Assembly: GCF_001194135.2 (NCBI RefSeq)
Contig: NC_068986.1
Span: forward strand, 65,780,995 to 65,844,994
Length of the DNA stretch: 64,000 nucleotides
Direction of reading: 5' to 3'
Source of the DNA: Octopus bimaculoides
Lineage: Eukaryota
Shown: positions 12,493 to 23,810 of the stretch, piece by piece
How positions within the stretch are numbered: position 1 is the stretch's first letter
How the letters are laid out: every line of letters starts with the position of its first letter
Notes under the pieces: model-generated
The model's input: the letters and a program-made list of their open reading frames with translations, nothing else
Database searches by the model: none
What the model was told of the DNA's origin: nothing
Translations under genes and position numbers: made by a program

Positions 12493-12890
12493 TAATGTAG
12501 CCGGATCACGTGTGAGTTGAAATGCAAGTTTGATGTTTCAAGGAGATAAATGATAAATCGTAAACATATAATAGTCGGCTGCTGGAAGTAATCTACTTTA
12601 CGCCTGTGGGTATTTGGTCATACCACTAAATTGTTAAGGCCTTCGTGCCAACTTAATGGTAAACGAGTGCTCTGCCAGTCTTAATACCTATTTTTGCCAG
12701 AAGCGGAGTCTGAAGCAACAGCGAGTAAAAATACCTTGTCCGAAGTTATAATACGTCTTTGGACTCGGAAATCAAACACGTGTCGTATGAACAAGATCCC
12801 AGTTTCCTAACTACATGATAACACGTCTTCTCGAAGGAGAAAACAACCAGATTCGAATTGAATACATAGAGAAATATCATTTTCATATCA

Positions 12891-13049
12891 ATGGCCGTGT
12901 GGTTCAGAAACTCATTTTGCAACCAGTGGCGATTTCGGGTTCAATACTTCTGCACGGCGCCTAGGGCAGGCAAACATTTTCTATTATAGTTCCAGGCGGA
13001 CCAATGCCTTGCGAGTAAATTTGGTAGACGGACGCTATGTAAAAGCACC

Positions 13050-13091
<42 letters not shown>

Positions 13092-13305
13092 ATGTGTGTG
13101 TGTGTGTGTGTTTGTGTGTGTGTGCCTGTATGTGTATGCCTGTATGTGTATGTCTGTTTGTGTGTGTCGTGTGTATGTGGTGCGTGTGTGTGATGTGTGT
13201 GGTGTGTTTTTAATGTGTGCTTGTGTGTACACACATACTAAACACACACCACACACACCACACACACGCACAAACAAGCATACACACACAGGCACACACA
13301 GGCAC

Positions 13306-13380
<75 letters not shown>

Positions 13381-13630
13381 ATATATATGATTGTATTATG
13401 TGCACATGCATATGTGTGTATATACCTTTGGGTTTGTTCCCCACCACTGCTTGGCAACCTGTGTTGGTTTTTTTAAAGTTCCAATAATTAGCGATTCGAT
13501 AAAAGAGACCGATAGAATAATCATCAACCTTAAAACAATTACTGGTGTCGATTTGTTTGACTAAACCTTTGTAGGTGGTGACACACGTGGTTGCAGTCCA
13601 ATGACTGAAGCAAATAAAGGATAAACGATA
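12891..13630 (+). mobile_element. tRNA-derived SINE family A, full length, with ~350-bp internal (TA)/(TG)/(CA) microsatellite
   Basis: Head ATGGCCGTGTGG...GGGTTCAATAC...GGTAGACGG, then the microsatellite, then the 3' body CCACCACTGCTTGGCAAC...GAGACCGATAGAATAA...ATGACTGAAGC and an AAAGGATAAACGATA tail. Confidence 0.8.
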
Positions 13631-13654
13631 TTTACACTTATGTAGTAAAGGGAT

Positions 13655-13880
13655 GAAGGGTCGTGCGTTGGCAGAATCTTTAGTCTTTAGAGTGTCGGAC
13701 AAAATGCCTTGCAATATTTAGTCACAGCGTCTGAGATTAAATTCCGTCGAGGTCGACTTTGCCTTTCATCCTTTCGGGAGTCGATAAAATAAGTACCAGT
13801 TGAACACTGGGGTTGAAGTAATCGACTTGCCTCCCCACTCCCTCGTACTTGCTGGTCTCGTGCCAATATTTGAAACCAAA
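13655..13880 (+). mobile_element. SINE family B copy
   Basis: GGCAGAATC...GAGGTCGACTTTGCCTTTCATCCTTTCGGG.GTCGATAAAATAAGTACCAGTTGA...CTCGTGCCAA.ATTTGAAACC. Confidence 0.85.
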
Positions 13881-13894
13881 ATTTAGTTACAGCT

Positions 13895-14100
13895 AAGGAG
13901 GCGAGCTGACAGAATCGTTAACACGCCGAGAAAAAGGCTTAGCGGCGTTTCGTCCATCTTCACGTCTTAAGTTCAAATACCACCGAGGTCGACTTTGCCT
14001 TTCAAACTTTCGGGGTGATAGAATAAATACCAGCTGAATACTAGGGTCGACATACCCCTCACTCAAAATTGCTGGCCTTGTGCCAAAATTTGAAACTAGT
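13895..14100 (+). mobile_element. SINE family B copy with a perfect 14-bp target-site duplication
   Basis: AAGGAGGCGAGCTGACAGAATCG...GCCTTGTGCCAAAATTTGAAAC, flanked by ATTTAGTTACAGCT at 13881-13894 and 14101-14114. Confidence 0.9.
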
Positions 14101-15261
14101 ATTTAGTTACAGCTCTTTCTGCTCTGAATTTAAATCAAATTTTCTGATCATATTTCCCTGTTCATTAAACAAAAGTTCCATATGTTATAAATTTTTATAT
14201 TTAGATAAACTCTGACTGAGCGGATCTATGATCAAATATAACGCATTCATGACCATCTCATCTTATTTTTCTATATAAAGAAAACATACGAGCGCCTAGT
14301 CTATCCTTTGGAGGGGGTACGTTATATGAGATTTAATGTAGATTTTGCTATTTTTCATCCGTTCGAGTGAAAATGTAGCACATGTAATCGATATTCTGAT
14401 GAGGTTTCAAATGTGTTCGCACCTCGAGTACAGAGAGTGATTTAATTTAGTATACGCTCTCTAAAAATGTGTGGCTTAGGGACATTGTTAGAAATCAATG
14501 TTAGAGATAACAATGCAATGTCGGGTTGCAGACTAACACACATACATACGTACACAACCATCAGACAGGCAGGCAGACAGGCAGACAGAAAAGCAGACAT
14601 GTATAAGGAGAAACCCTGGAGCCGAACTGGAAATGTTTTAGCGGTTTGAACACTGAGCTTCTAGATGCAACATGTGAAGACCAGATGATATTAATTAATA
14701 AAAAAACGACGTTGAGAAGGTTGATGGCGGTGGCGGTGGCGACGGTGGCGATGACGATAAAAAGGCGGAGGGGATGTGGTGGTAGGGATGGTTGCAGTAA
14801 CGGTGCTGGTGATGATGCGGAGAAGAGATACATACTGCTCGAACCGTTGTTAGTGCTGAAACTATCGAAGCCTTCTGCTGGTGCGGATACTGATGATGAT
14901 GAAGAAAGTAATGTAAAATTATTGCAGCACAATTCCTTTCCTTCTTTCACCCTTTCCGTCTTTCTTTCTCACTTTCTTCATTTCGTCTTTCTTAATTTCT
15001 TCCTCTCTGTCTTCTTTTCTTTTTTTCCTTCTGCCTTTCTTTACATCTATAATTTCATTTAACGTTGATTTGACAACTGGAAGGAAACGAACAAACCATC
15101 GCAACTGTTGCCAGGAATTGGCTAATAACACTCCACTGATAAATATTCATAGATTTAGATGTGAGTATGCGTGTGTGTCTAGGGGGTGGTATTGCTGGCG
15201 GTTTTGGAGATTTGGGGTAGTGTAGGAAGAACTGAGGAACTCGATATTTAACACTATACAC

Positions 15262-15262
15262 A

Positions 15263-15313
<51 letters not shown>

Positions 15314-15372
15314 TTATCTATCTCTCTATCTCTCTAGCTATCTATCTATCTATTTATCTATCTATCTATCTT
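15262..15372. repeat. (TATC)n microsatellite
   Basis: Direct reading. Confidence 0.95.
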
Positions 15373-15639
15373 GTTTATATACATACGTATGTACATATAT
15401 GGATGCATATGTGAGTGCATTTGTATCAACTATCTTTGAATACAAATTGATATATCTATAACTATATACTTATTTGTGCATACGTGTATATACACGCGCG
15501 TCTAAGTGTATATGTTCAAATACATGTTTAGGTGAACAGATAGATGTGTGTATGTATGTATATGCATGGGTATGTGTAGGTATGTATGTATGTACGTATG
15601 TATGTATGTATGTATGTATTATGTCAGATCGCTCTCGGA

Positions 15640-15985
15640 CGCTACTGGTAACATATAACCCAATACAACTTGTTGCATGGCGGGGTCGTTGGTGACTAAA
15701 CTGATAACCCCATCAAGTTTGTTTGGTGAGGGAGTAATTTTTGGACATCTTGCAGGGACGAAAAATAAAACCTGTCAAAGGGCGGAAGAGCTGATGAGCA
15801 GTCATCGGCCATCCCACAATATGTGTACATGTGTATGTCTGCATGTATGTATGCACGGGGACGCAGAAATACCTGGGTTGGTGTCCAGGCGCGTGGTTGC
15901 CCCACTGGGAGTGGGAGGCCCCTCTGTTGTTCTCACAACATCTCTCTAGGAGGGAGAAACTCTGAGACAAAACCTGCAACACTGA
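15640..15985 (+). mobile_element. Probable 5' UTR fragment of an RTE-type LINE
   Basis: GC-richer block (AAAACCTGTCAAAGGGCGGAAGAGCTGATGAGCAG...CCCCACTGGGAGTGGGAGGCCCC...CTCTAGGAGGGAGAAACTCTGA..AAAACC) resembling recalled RTE leaders. No ORF is retained. Confidence 0.45.
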
Positions 15986-16223
15986 CAATAATCAATGATG
16001 TAGACAAGTTCTTTTCGAATTTATGCTGTCCATGTTCAGAGAGTGGGATTGGATTTCTGCAAATCTTTTCCCCACTATAAAAAAATCATCATGCACAGGC
16101 ATCGCTTGAAAATTAAAGATCTATCACAAAAGTGGCTGAGCGGAGCCTTCGCATATGCGGGATGGCAATACTCGAACACGAGTTTGCAGCCATCGTGTAT
16201 GTTTACGGGATTCTGTATGCATA

Positions 16224-16342
<119 letters not shown>

Positions 16343-16653
16343 GTTAATATAGATTTTTAGTTATTCAAAACTGTGAAACCCTGACTCAATCAAGTACTCA
16401 ATACATTGGTAGAAAGATTGACAGATACTTTGAATATTACATGAATGGTTGAATAAATAGCTCTGTGTTTAAAACTTAAGTCTTATTTTCGCGTATAAAA
16501 AATGAACGAAATTTTTGGCCAACTCTCTCTCGCTATTTCCTTCTCTCCATCCCTCCCCCCTCTCTCTCTCTCCCTTACTGTCTCGCTCTCCATATATATG
16601 TATATCATTTTATGTACACAGCATAAGCATACGAGCTACTGGTATTCTCTTGC

Positions 16654-16940
16654 TTTGGAGACACGGGTCTAGACGGGTTTTTATAGGATGTCTTGTATCT
16701 CTAAGCAATCTGCGGGTACTGCACCCATGGTCAATTCTAATTGCAAATCTGGACGCTGGTACAAGTGAAATCACAAGAAAAGAAGCGAGAAATTGATACA
16801 AAAAGTGCATCGTTTTTCTCGTGATTTCTCTTTTACCAGCGTCCTGATCTGCAATTAGAAAGCACTATGTGCCCAACGCCTCAGAATTGCTTGGAGACAC
16901 AAGGCGTGTTATTTGTCCTGCCCAAACATATGTCTCCAAA
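16654..16940. repeat. ~290-bp imperfect palindrome (fold-back/MITE-like)
   Basis: Inner arms 16735-16781 and 16814-16860 differ at 5 of 47 positions. Outer arms begin/end TTTGGAGACA / TGTCTCCAAA. Confidence 0.88.
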
Positions 16941-17056
16941 TCAGTTCCTTCTATCTTAATACAGAGTGTATTAAACGATATTTCTCTCTGTGTGGATGGA
17001 GTAATTTTTTTGCTAATTTTACTTTAACGGAACAGTAAATTATATATATATATATA

Positions 17057-17477
17057 GGCAAATTTGTTGCTGAAAATGCACCTAATTTTGAAAAACTTGT
17101 AATTGTTTAAAATAAATTTATTTACGTATATACCAAAGTAGTTTCAACAATATTTTTGGTTTATCAATGGCAAAAACGTAGAATTATGAATTAGAAAAAT
17201 AACTCTAAAAGTTTCAATGTTGACAAATTTAAATGTTCATAACAGACAAATTTAGAATTATGAATTAGAAAAACATGTTCAAAAATTTCGATGTTCACAA
17301 GTTTAAATGTTCATAACTGTCAATAATATTACAACTGTGCATCAATTTGTTTAAGTGTACAAAGCTCATTAGTTTTAGTAGCGATCGACAAGAAATGAAT
17401 ATCATCAGTTTCAGTCGTACTTAGTTAAGAGGGAAAAACAAAAGAAATTTAGGTGCATTTTCAACAATAAATTTGCC
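17057..17477. mobile_element. MITE with ~30-bp TIRs starting GGCAAATTT, flanked by TATA
   Basis: GGCAAATTTGTTGCTGAAAATGCACCTAATTT / AAATTTAGGTGCATTTTCAACAATAAATTTGCC. Internal ~65-bp tandem duplication. Confidence 0.85.
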
Positions 17478-17525
17478 TATACTTTTTCCTGCGTAGACAT
17501 ACATCCCTTCCTTTGTTATATATAT

Positions 17526-18269
17526 CAGTGGCGACTCCAGTACTCGGGCTGTTCGGACTTAATCCAAGTATAAATTTAGTAAAGTAAACGTGTATTTGCA
17601 AGATGATTTAATTTCTGCCAACACTGACTTCAAGTATGTAATTGCAGCCAATATCTCGGGTTCCTTTCTTTTTGAGCCTGGTCGAGATTCATTTACTTTC
17701 GTTCAGCGTCTGGCGGTCATCGTAGCGGACGTTCTCTCGACATCGCTCACACACACCTGACTCGGGTTCAAAAGTTACAGCCTGAGTAGTTGTCTATAAT
17801 CATAAAAATTTAAACTAATTCAAATTCAATATTTTCTTGAAACAATAAATTTCTAGAGATTAGAATTTAAATTCCAATCTATGAAAATTTTCCATTCAAC
17901 AATATTCTTAACGGAACGAGAACTTATCGAGCAACTCGGGTTAATACGAAAGAGCCTGTTAGGTGTAACTGGTATCTCGTGTCAAGAGTACAGGCGACAG
18001 TCAGATCACTGATGTTTACTATGCAGTCCGATGTCGTTATTTGATTGCTGTTATTCTGTGCATCCGTGTGTGAAGATCAGTTGTGTTTTGCAGGGTTGCT
18101 TTATTTTTAACCCTTAACCTAGAAATGAAGAAAGACATTATTGCTAGATATAAAAAGATAAGCCATTTGGGGCTAGAAATATTGCGGAAAAACGTGAAAT
18201 TCTTCGAGCAGATCTTATGCGAAATCTGTGATGAACCCGAATGATGCTGATGACCTGGAGTCGCCTCTG
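17526..18269. mobile_element. Non-autonomous hAT-type element (~744 bp)
   Basis: TIRs CAGTGGCGACTCCAG / CTGGAGTCGCCTCTG (1 mismatch). 8-bp TSD ATATATAT / ATACATAT. Repeated subterminal CTCGGG motifs. Confidence 0.8.
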
Positions 18270-19254
18270 ATACATATATATATACATATATATNNNNNNN
18301 NNNNNNNNNNNNNNNNNNNNNNNNNNNNNNNNNNNNNNNNNNNCACATATATATATATCCTGCAGAACATGCAACTACTTAGCTACCCCTACTTAAATTA
18401 AGCCCCATCAATTTTTACGTACTCCTCTCGTAAAGTAGGAGTACATATTAAACAAGATGGTACGCAACAATGTTTTGTAGAAAATGGAATCATGGTCAAT
18501 CTAATGCTCGACAAAGGAGTCTGGAGAGATGAGAATGCTTCATATATGGAAAAGTGATGTTTATGCATGTGTATAAATATATTTATATCTATCTATGCAT
18601 GTATAAACATATATATGCATATACATAACAATGTTCATATACTTATACATTCACCTATAAATATGTCTACACTGAAATATATGCAGTAGTATGTGCGTGT
18701 TAATGTATGTGTATATATATATATATATATGTATGTATGCCTGTATGTATATACATATGTATGTATGTATGTGTGTGTATGTATGTATTTATGTATGCAT
18801 ATATGTATGTATGTATCTATGCATGTATATATGCGTGTGTTTGTAAGTCTATATATACATAGACACACACAACAACCAGCCAACCAACCAACCAACCAAC
18901 CAAACAAACAAACATAATACTTTTCTCATGTCATCTCGGAGGTAAAAATATGAATTGAATAAATTGTATAACTTATTATTCAAACATGTCTGTCGTAAAT
19001 CATATTACTGGGCAAATTGTCTAAACAGTGTGGGGAGAGTGAGAAATTGACAGAGAGAGTAGCATAAGAAAATGATTGATATTTCTCTGGTATTTGATCT
19101 TACTACGATCTTGCCAAATGGACAATGTACAATGGTGAACCAAAAGTTTGTTGCGCTGTGTTGTGGTAACTATCCAACATCCAACAAGAATTATATAGTG
19201 CCACGTAGTAGAAGAATATCTAAAAAAAAAGTATCGTCATCTTTTGTAGTCAAT

Positions 19255-19282
19255 TTGGTTGTTGTTGCTGTTGTTGTTATGA

Positions 19283-19360
<78 letters not shown>

Positions 19361-19445
19361 CATTATTGATGTTGTTGTTAATACTACTTCCGATACTATC
19401 ACCATCCTTGTTATTTTGTTAATACAATTATTATTATGATTATTA

Positions 19446-19524
<79 letters not shown>

Positions 19525-19567
19525 TATTACTATTAATACTATTATTATTATTAATAATAACATCATA

Positions 19568-19620
<53 letters not shown>
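19255..19620. repeat. Compound (GTT)(ATT)n...(TAG)n trinucleotide microsatellite
   Basis: Direct reading. Confidence 0.97.
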
Positions 19621-19771
19621 TTTTACATCATTCATTTTCCAACATTGGCATTCATTTTCAATGTCTATTTTCATAATTTATCTAGCTGTCTATTGATCGA
19701 TCATAGCCTCCCTCTCTTTCTCTTTCTCTCTCTGTAAATATATATATGTATATATGTATACATACATACAG

Positions 19772-19803
<32 letters not shown>

Positions 19804-19889
19804 GTATCTATGTATGTATGCATATATGTATATATATGTGTGTGTGCGTGTGTCTGTGTGTGTATGCAGATACACACACACACACACAT

Positions 19890-19931
<42 letters not shown>

Positions 19932-20812
19932 GTATATATATTTACACCTACATATGCATATATACATGCACATATATGCATACGTATATGACTATATATA
20001 AATATATATATAGTGTATGCGTGTGTTTATGTGTGCAGGTATGGATGTGCGGGGTCGCAGTTTACGTGTATGTGTTCCTAAAACGAGAATATAAGTATCC
20101 AAATGCACTCTCTCACAGCTTTTTCGTCACTGTGTTTCGTATGTCTTTATTTTATTTCGCTGTATCTATTAATGTATTCTTATATGTCTGGTAATCATGC
20201 TTACCCAGTTTCTTTTCCAACAACTTCCGGTTCAGTAATATTTTAATCCTATGGAACATCCAACCGTTTTAAAGGAAGATTATATAGCTCTAAATACGCT
20301 GTATTTAAGACAAAGGATAAGTTAGTTTTGGTTGTATTTTCTCTGCTCGATCAAGCTGTGATGGAGTGAAACAACCAGAACCGAATTCAACATGGCAACA
20401 TACAGGGCTAGCATTAAGATTCAGGGTAAAATTTACAATAAATGTTATTTGTTGAAGGCCAAGCGAACGATGTGGGGAAGTTTACGTTCCTAGATAACGT
20501 AGGTAAATTCAAAATTTTCCAGTATTTGTTTCGTTTTTTGCCCTCCCTATAACTATCATTATGAAGAACCGCCACCGCCGCTGCCACCAACACCATTGTC
20601 GTCACCACATCCATAAGCGGCATTAATACAAAACAGAATTGAAACTCAGTATCTAAATACATCAACATATATCGCCAACAACATCTCAGTGCAATCTTCA
20701 ATTTTTAGGATGGCGGGTGTGATTCATGTGAGATTTGGCTACTATTTTTACAGGTCAGATAACTTCTCCAAGCTTAGTCGTTACATTGCACCTACACACA
20801 TGCCTACAAACG

Positions 20813-20848
<36 letters not shown>

Positions 20849-21239
20849 TACACACACACACAAAAGTTTTATTTATATAAATATGTGTGCACATGCATTG
20901 TACTATTATTGTATAATTCGTCCACTTAGTCTAACAAAAGCATCTTTCTGCAGCTAACAACGAGCTAACAACGCTGATCTTCCCTTTAATTTCTGATTAT
21001 AAAAAAATGTGAATAATCTTTTGGTAAAGCCTAATTTTGAACGTAAACTACATTAGAATACTTCCCAGCTTGTTCCTATATTAGAACTAAATGAGCATGA
21101 AAATACAACAGAATCAACTTCTGTCTTTTGAAACCCGTTGATACTCCTTTATAATTCGAAGAAAATCCATGTATCATCGAGCAAGAAAACAAGAACAATC
21201 TTTATGATATAGACAGAAATATTATAGTCCCGATTATGA

Positions 21240-21530
21240 CTGGTCATTGCTTTGGTATGACTTGATAAGCTTTCTTCATACTGGTCGGATTTTCGCTTGG
21301 GTTTGCCATTAATTATGTTCCTTTCCACTTCATAATTCTTTTTGCACTATATTTAAGTCTCGGTCTCGGTCTTCCATGGGTTTTTTCCCCCTTTTGCATT
21401 GTTGGGAGTGAAGGAGTTGTCTGAGGAGTCTACTGTTGTCTATTCTGAGTACGTGTCGTCTCCATCATAGGAAGAAGACCAGCATACCATAGGATCTCTT
21501 CACTCCTGAGCTTTTCAAATAGATTGATAT
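21240..21530 (-). pseudogene. RTE LINE 3' ORF fragment
   Basis: Minus strand VLRIDNSRLLRQLLHSQQCK.GKK.(HGRPR) resembles the RTE C-terminal motif RMxxxRLPRQLLYSQL..GKR..GRPRLR. Confidence 0.65.
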
Positions 21531-21654
21531 TCATAATTCGTCGTACATGTCTCATCATATATGCATGTAACATGTCAACTTGAGCTTTGTAGACTGTCTA
21601 CAATTACATGGAAGCAAAAATATGTAACAGAATATTTTAAACATCATATAGCCG

Positions 21655-22327
21655 CATGCGCACTAAGTTTTGACGTTCTAACTCACTTTTACTGTTTACA
21701 GCAGTTCATGGAAGGAACGTGTGTGACGTGTGACCATCAAAGAGAAAGTTGAGCAGAGAACATGCTTCAGATTTTGTCAAAAGCTAGGCGATACCTGCTC
21801 AGAGGCCTACGCAAAGTATTCAAAAAGATTACATCGTTCTCGACACAATAAAGGAGATTTTGTGCAACTGAAATCCGAATGCCTTTTTGGTTTGCTGATA
21901 GCAGTTTTGGCATACATTTGGCAGACATGCGCCTCATATCCAAATCTTCAGTGGTAATAGAGGGAAGTGAAGAGTAACTAAACTGCACATTCTCTGATAA
22001 CTCACGGATGTTGACTCGACGATTTCCCCTCACAGCTGCACACACGATGTTTTTCTCAGTTTTGCCTGTTGCGGGTCTCCCAGTACGTTCGTCAATATCG
22101 ACATTTTTTCGGCCATCTTGGAAACATCTGAACCACTCGCACACTTGCGTGCGGTTCATACAGCCCTCTCCATACACTGCTGCAAACTGCGGAAGTGAGC
22201 TAGAACGTTAAAACTAAGTGCGCATGCACAGCAGCGTTCAAGATCAATCTTTGCCAAACGGCTTAACTCTGCATGTTATAGCTTCGTTATAACGGCAACA
22301 GTCCGGATACGTATTGATCAGACCTCG
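21655..22327 (-). mobile_element. Fold-back mariner derivative, copy B (opposite orientation to A; outer part of one arm lost)
   Basis: Right end TATTGATCAGACCTCG. Minus-strand frame ..VYGEGCMNRTQVCEWFRCFQDGRKNVDIDERTGRP...RRVNIREL...RMSAKCMPKLLS..CVENDVIFLNT|LRRPLSRYRLAFDKI*. The + arm encodes MTIKEKVEQRTCFRFCQKLGDTCSEAYAK. Same junction as copy A. Confidence 0.87.
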
Positions 22328-22447
22328 TGTGTATATATATANNNNNNNNNNNNNNNNNNNNNNNNNNNNNNNNNNNNNNNNNNNNNNNNNNNNNNNNNNN
22401 NNNNNNNNNNNNNNNNNNNNNNNNNNNNNNNNNNNNNNNNNNNTATG

Positions 22448-22482
<35 letters not shown>

Positions 22483-22715
22483 GTATGTGTATGTATGTAT
22501 ATGCACACATATACACAGACTCATACGTGTATATATAATTATATGTATGTCACTGTTTGTATGTATTCGTATATATGATATATATACATCTTGTTTTCCA
22601 TATGTATATGTTTGTATACGTATGCATTCTCACGCTTGTTGAATGCGTACTTGTGTTTTCGATCGTGCTCGTAGTATGTAGTGTGGCTTAGTGTGTATGG
22701 GTGTGTTCGTGTGCG

Positions 22716-22766
<51 letters not shown>

Positions 22767-23198
22767 CAATCACGTGTGAGCAAGCATGTATGTGTGTGCA
22801 TGAATTCTGTAATAAACACATGGCAGATGTTGGAAGGATATTGACGTTAAGGAGAAAATTACCATCGGCCTGCAGACCGAAACCGGAGCCTAGTAATCGA
22901 TTCTCATCTGTATCCGGGTACTACGGGTGTTGTGTACTATCGTGATGATGATGATCGATAGTAGTACAAATAATATTGCTAGCCAACATGAGTGTGTGGT
23001 TGTGTGTACGTGTGTGTGTGAGTGTGTGTGCGTGCGTGTGTGTGTGTATGTATGTGTGTGTGTGTGGGGGTGATAGTGAATGTGAACGAAAAAGCAACAG
23101 ACTACTCAATACATTGTTAAACTATCCATTTGTTGAAAGATAAAACACTACACATTCGCATACTCTATTATGTTTACACGCATATACACGAACATACT

Positions 23199-23312
<114 letters not shown>

Positions 23313-23436
23313 TGCGTGCGTGTCGTAATGTAACAATTGTAAAGTATATGCAAATAGTAGAACCCATCCAAGGGCGAAACTCGGAGAACATTAATTTCTC
23401 AATTAATAGATGTGTGGTTTGGGTTTTTTCTGATTA

Positions 23437-23474
<38 letters not shown>

Positions 23475-23489
23475 TGTCTGTCTGTGAAG

Positions 23490-23600
23490 GCTCATAGATT
23501 AGTGGTTATGGTATTAGCCTCATCATCAATTCCGGAACCGGGGACTTGTTTTGTCGTTGAGCAGCTCCACACAGTTTCTATTCTCTATCCCAAATCACTA
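23490..23600 (+). mobile_element. SINE family C head remnant
   Basis: TAGTGGTTATGGTATTAG...CAATTCCGGAACCGGG..TTGTTTTGTCGTTGAGCA is a degenerate version of the 50178 head. Confidence 0.4.
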
Positions 23601-23639
23601 TGTTAGATCTGTTATGATTGCATTTTATTGAGGTTTTCA

Positions 23640-23810
23640 CTGAGAGATTCCACTAGTACTCATTTTTTTATTATGGGTGGCTATGGTTTCTACCATACTA
23701 TGGGTTATTTCTTTGTCCTCCGGGTTACCCTTCCGACGGATCTCATTATGCAGTGTCTTAGCTACAACATCATGTCTCATCAGTAGATAATACTGTAATG
23801 ACATGTATGT
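23640..23810 (-). pseudogene. R4/Dong-type (RLE) LINE C-terminal fragment
   Basis: YYLLMRHDVVAKTLHNEIRRK: the RHD/RHN motif that follows the CCHC knuckle in RLE-clade elements. Confidence 0.7.

Noticed and set aside
12941-13714. ORF-track proteins rich in YI/CV/HT (here and at many other sites)
   Set aside because: Translations of (TA)n, (TG)n and (CA)n tracts.
14646-15062. 138-aa ORF
   Set aside because: Built from GGC/GAT-rich and CT-rich low-complexity tracts; no domain or splice support.
15780-15830. CTGATGAG as a hammerhead core
   Set aside because: No stem II-GAAA partner downstream.
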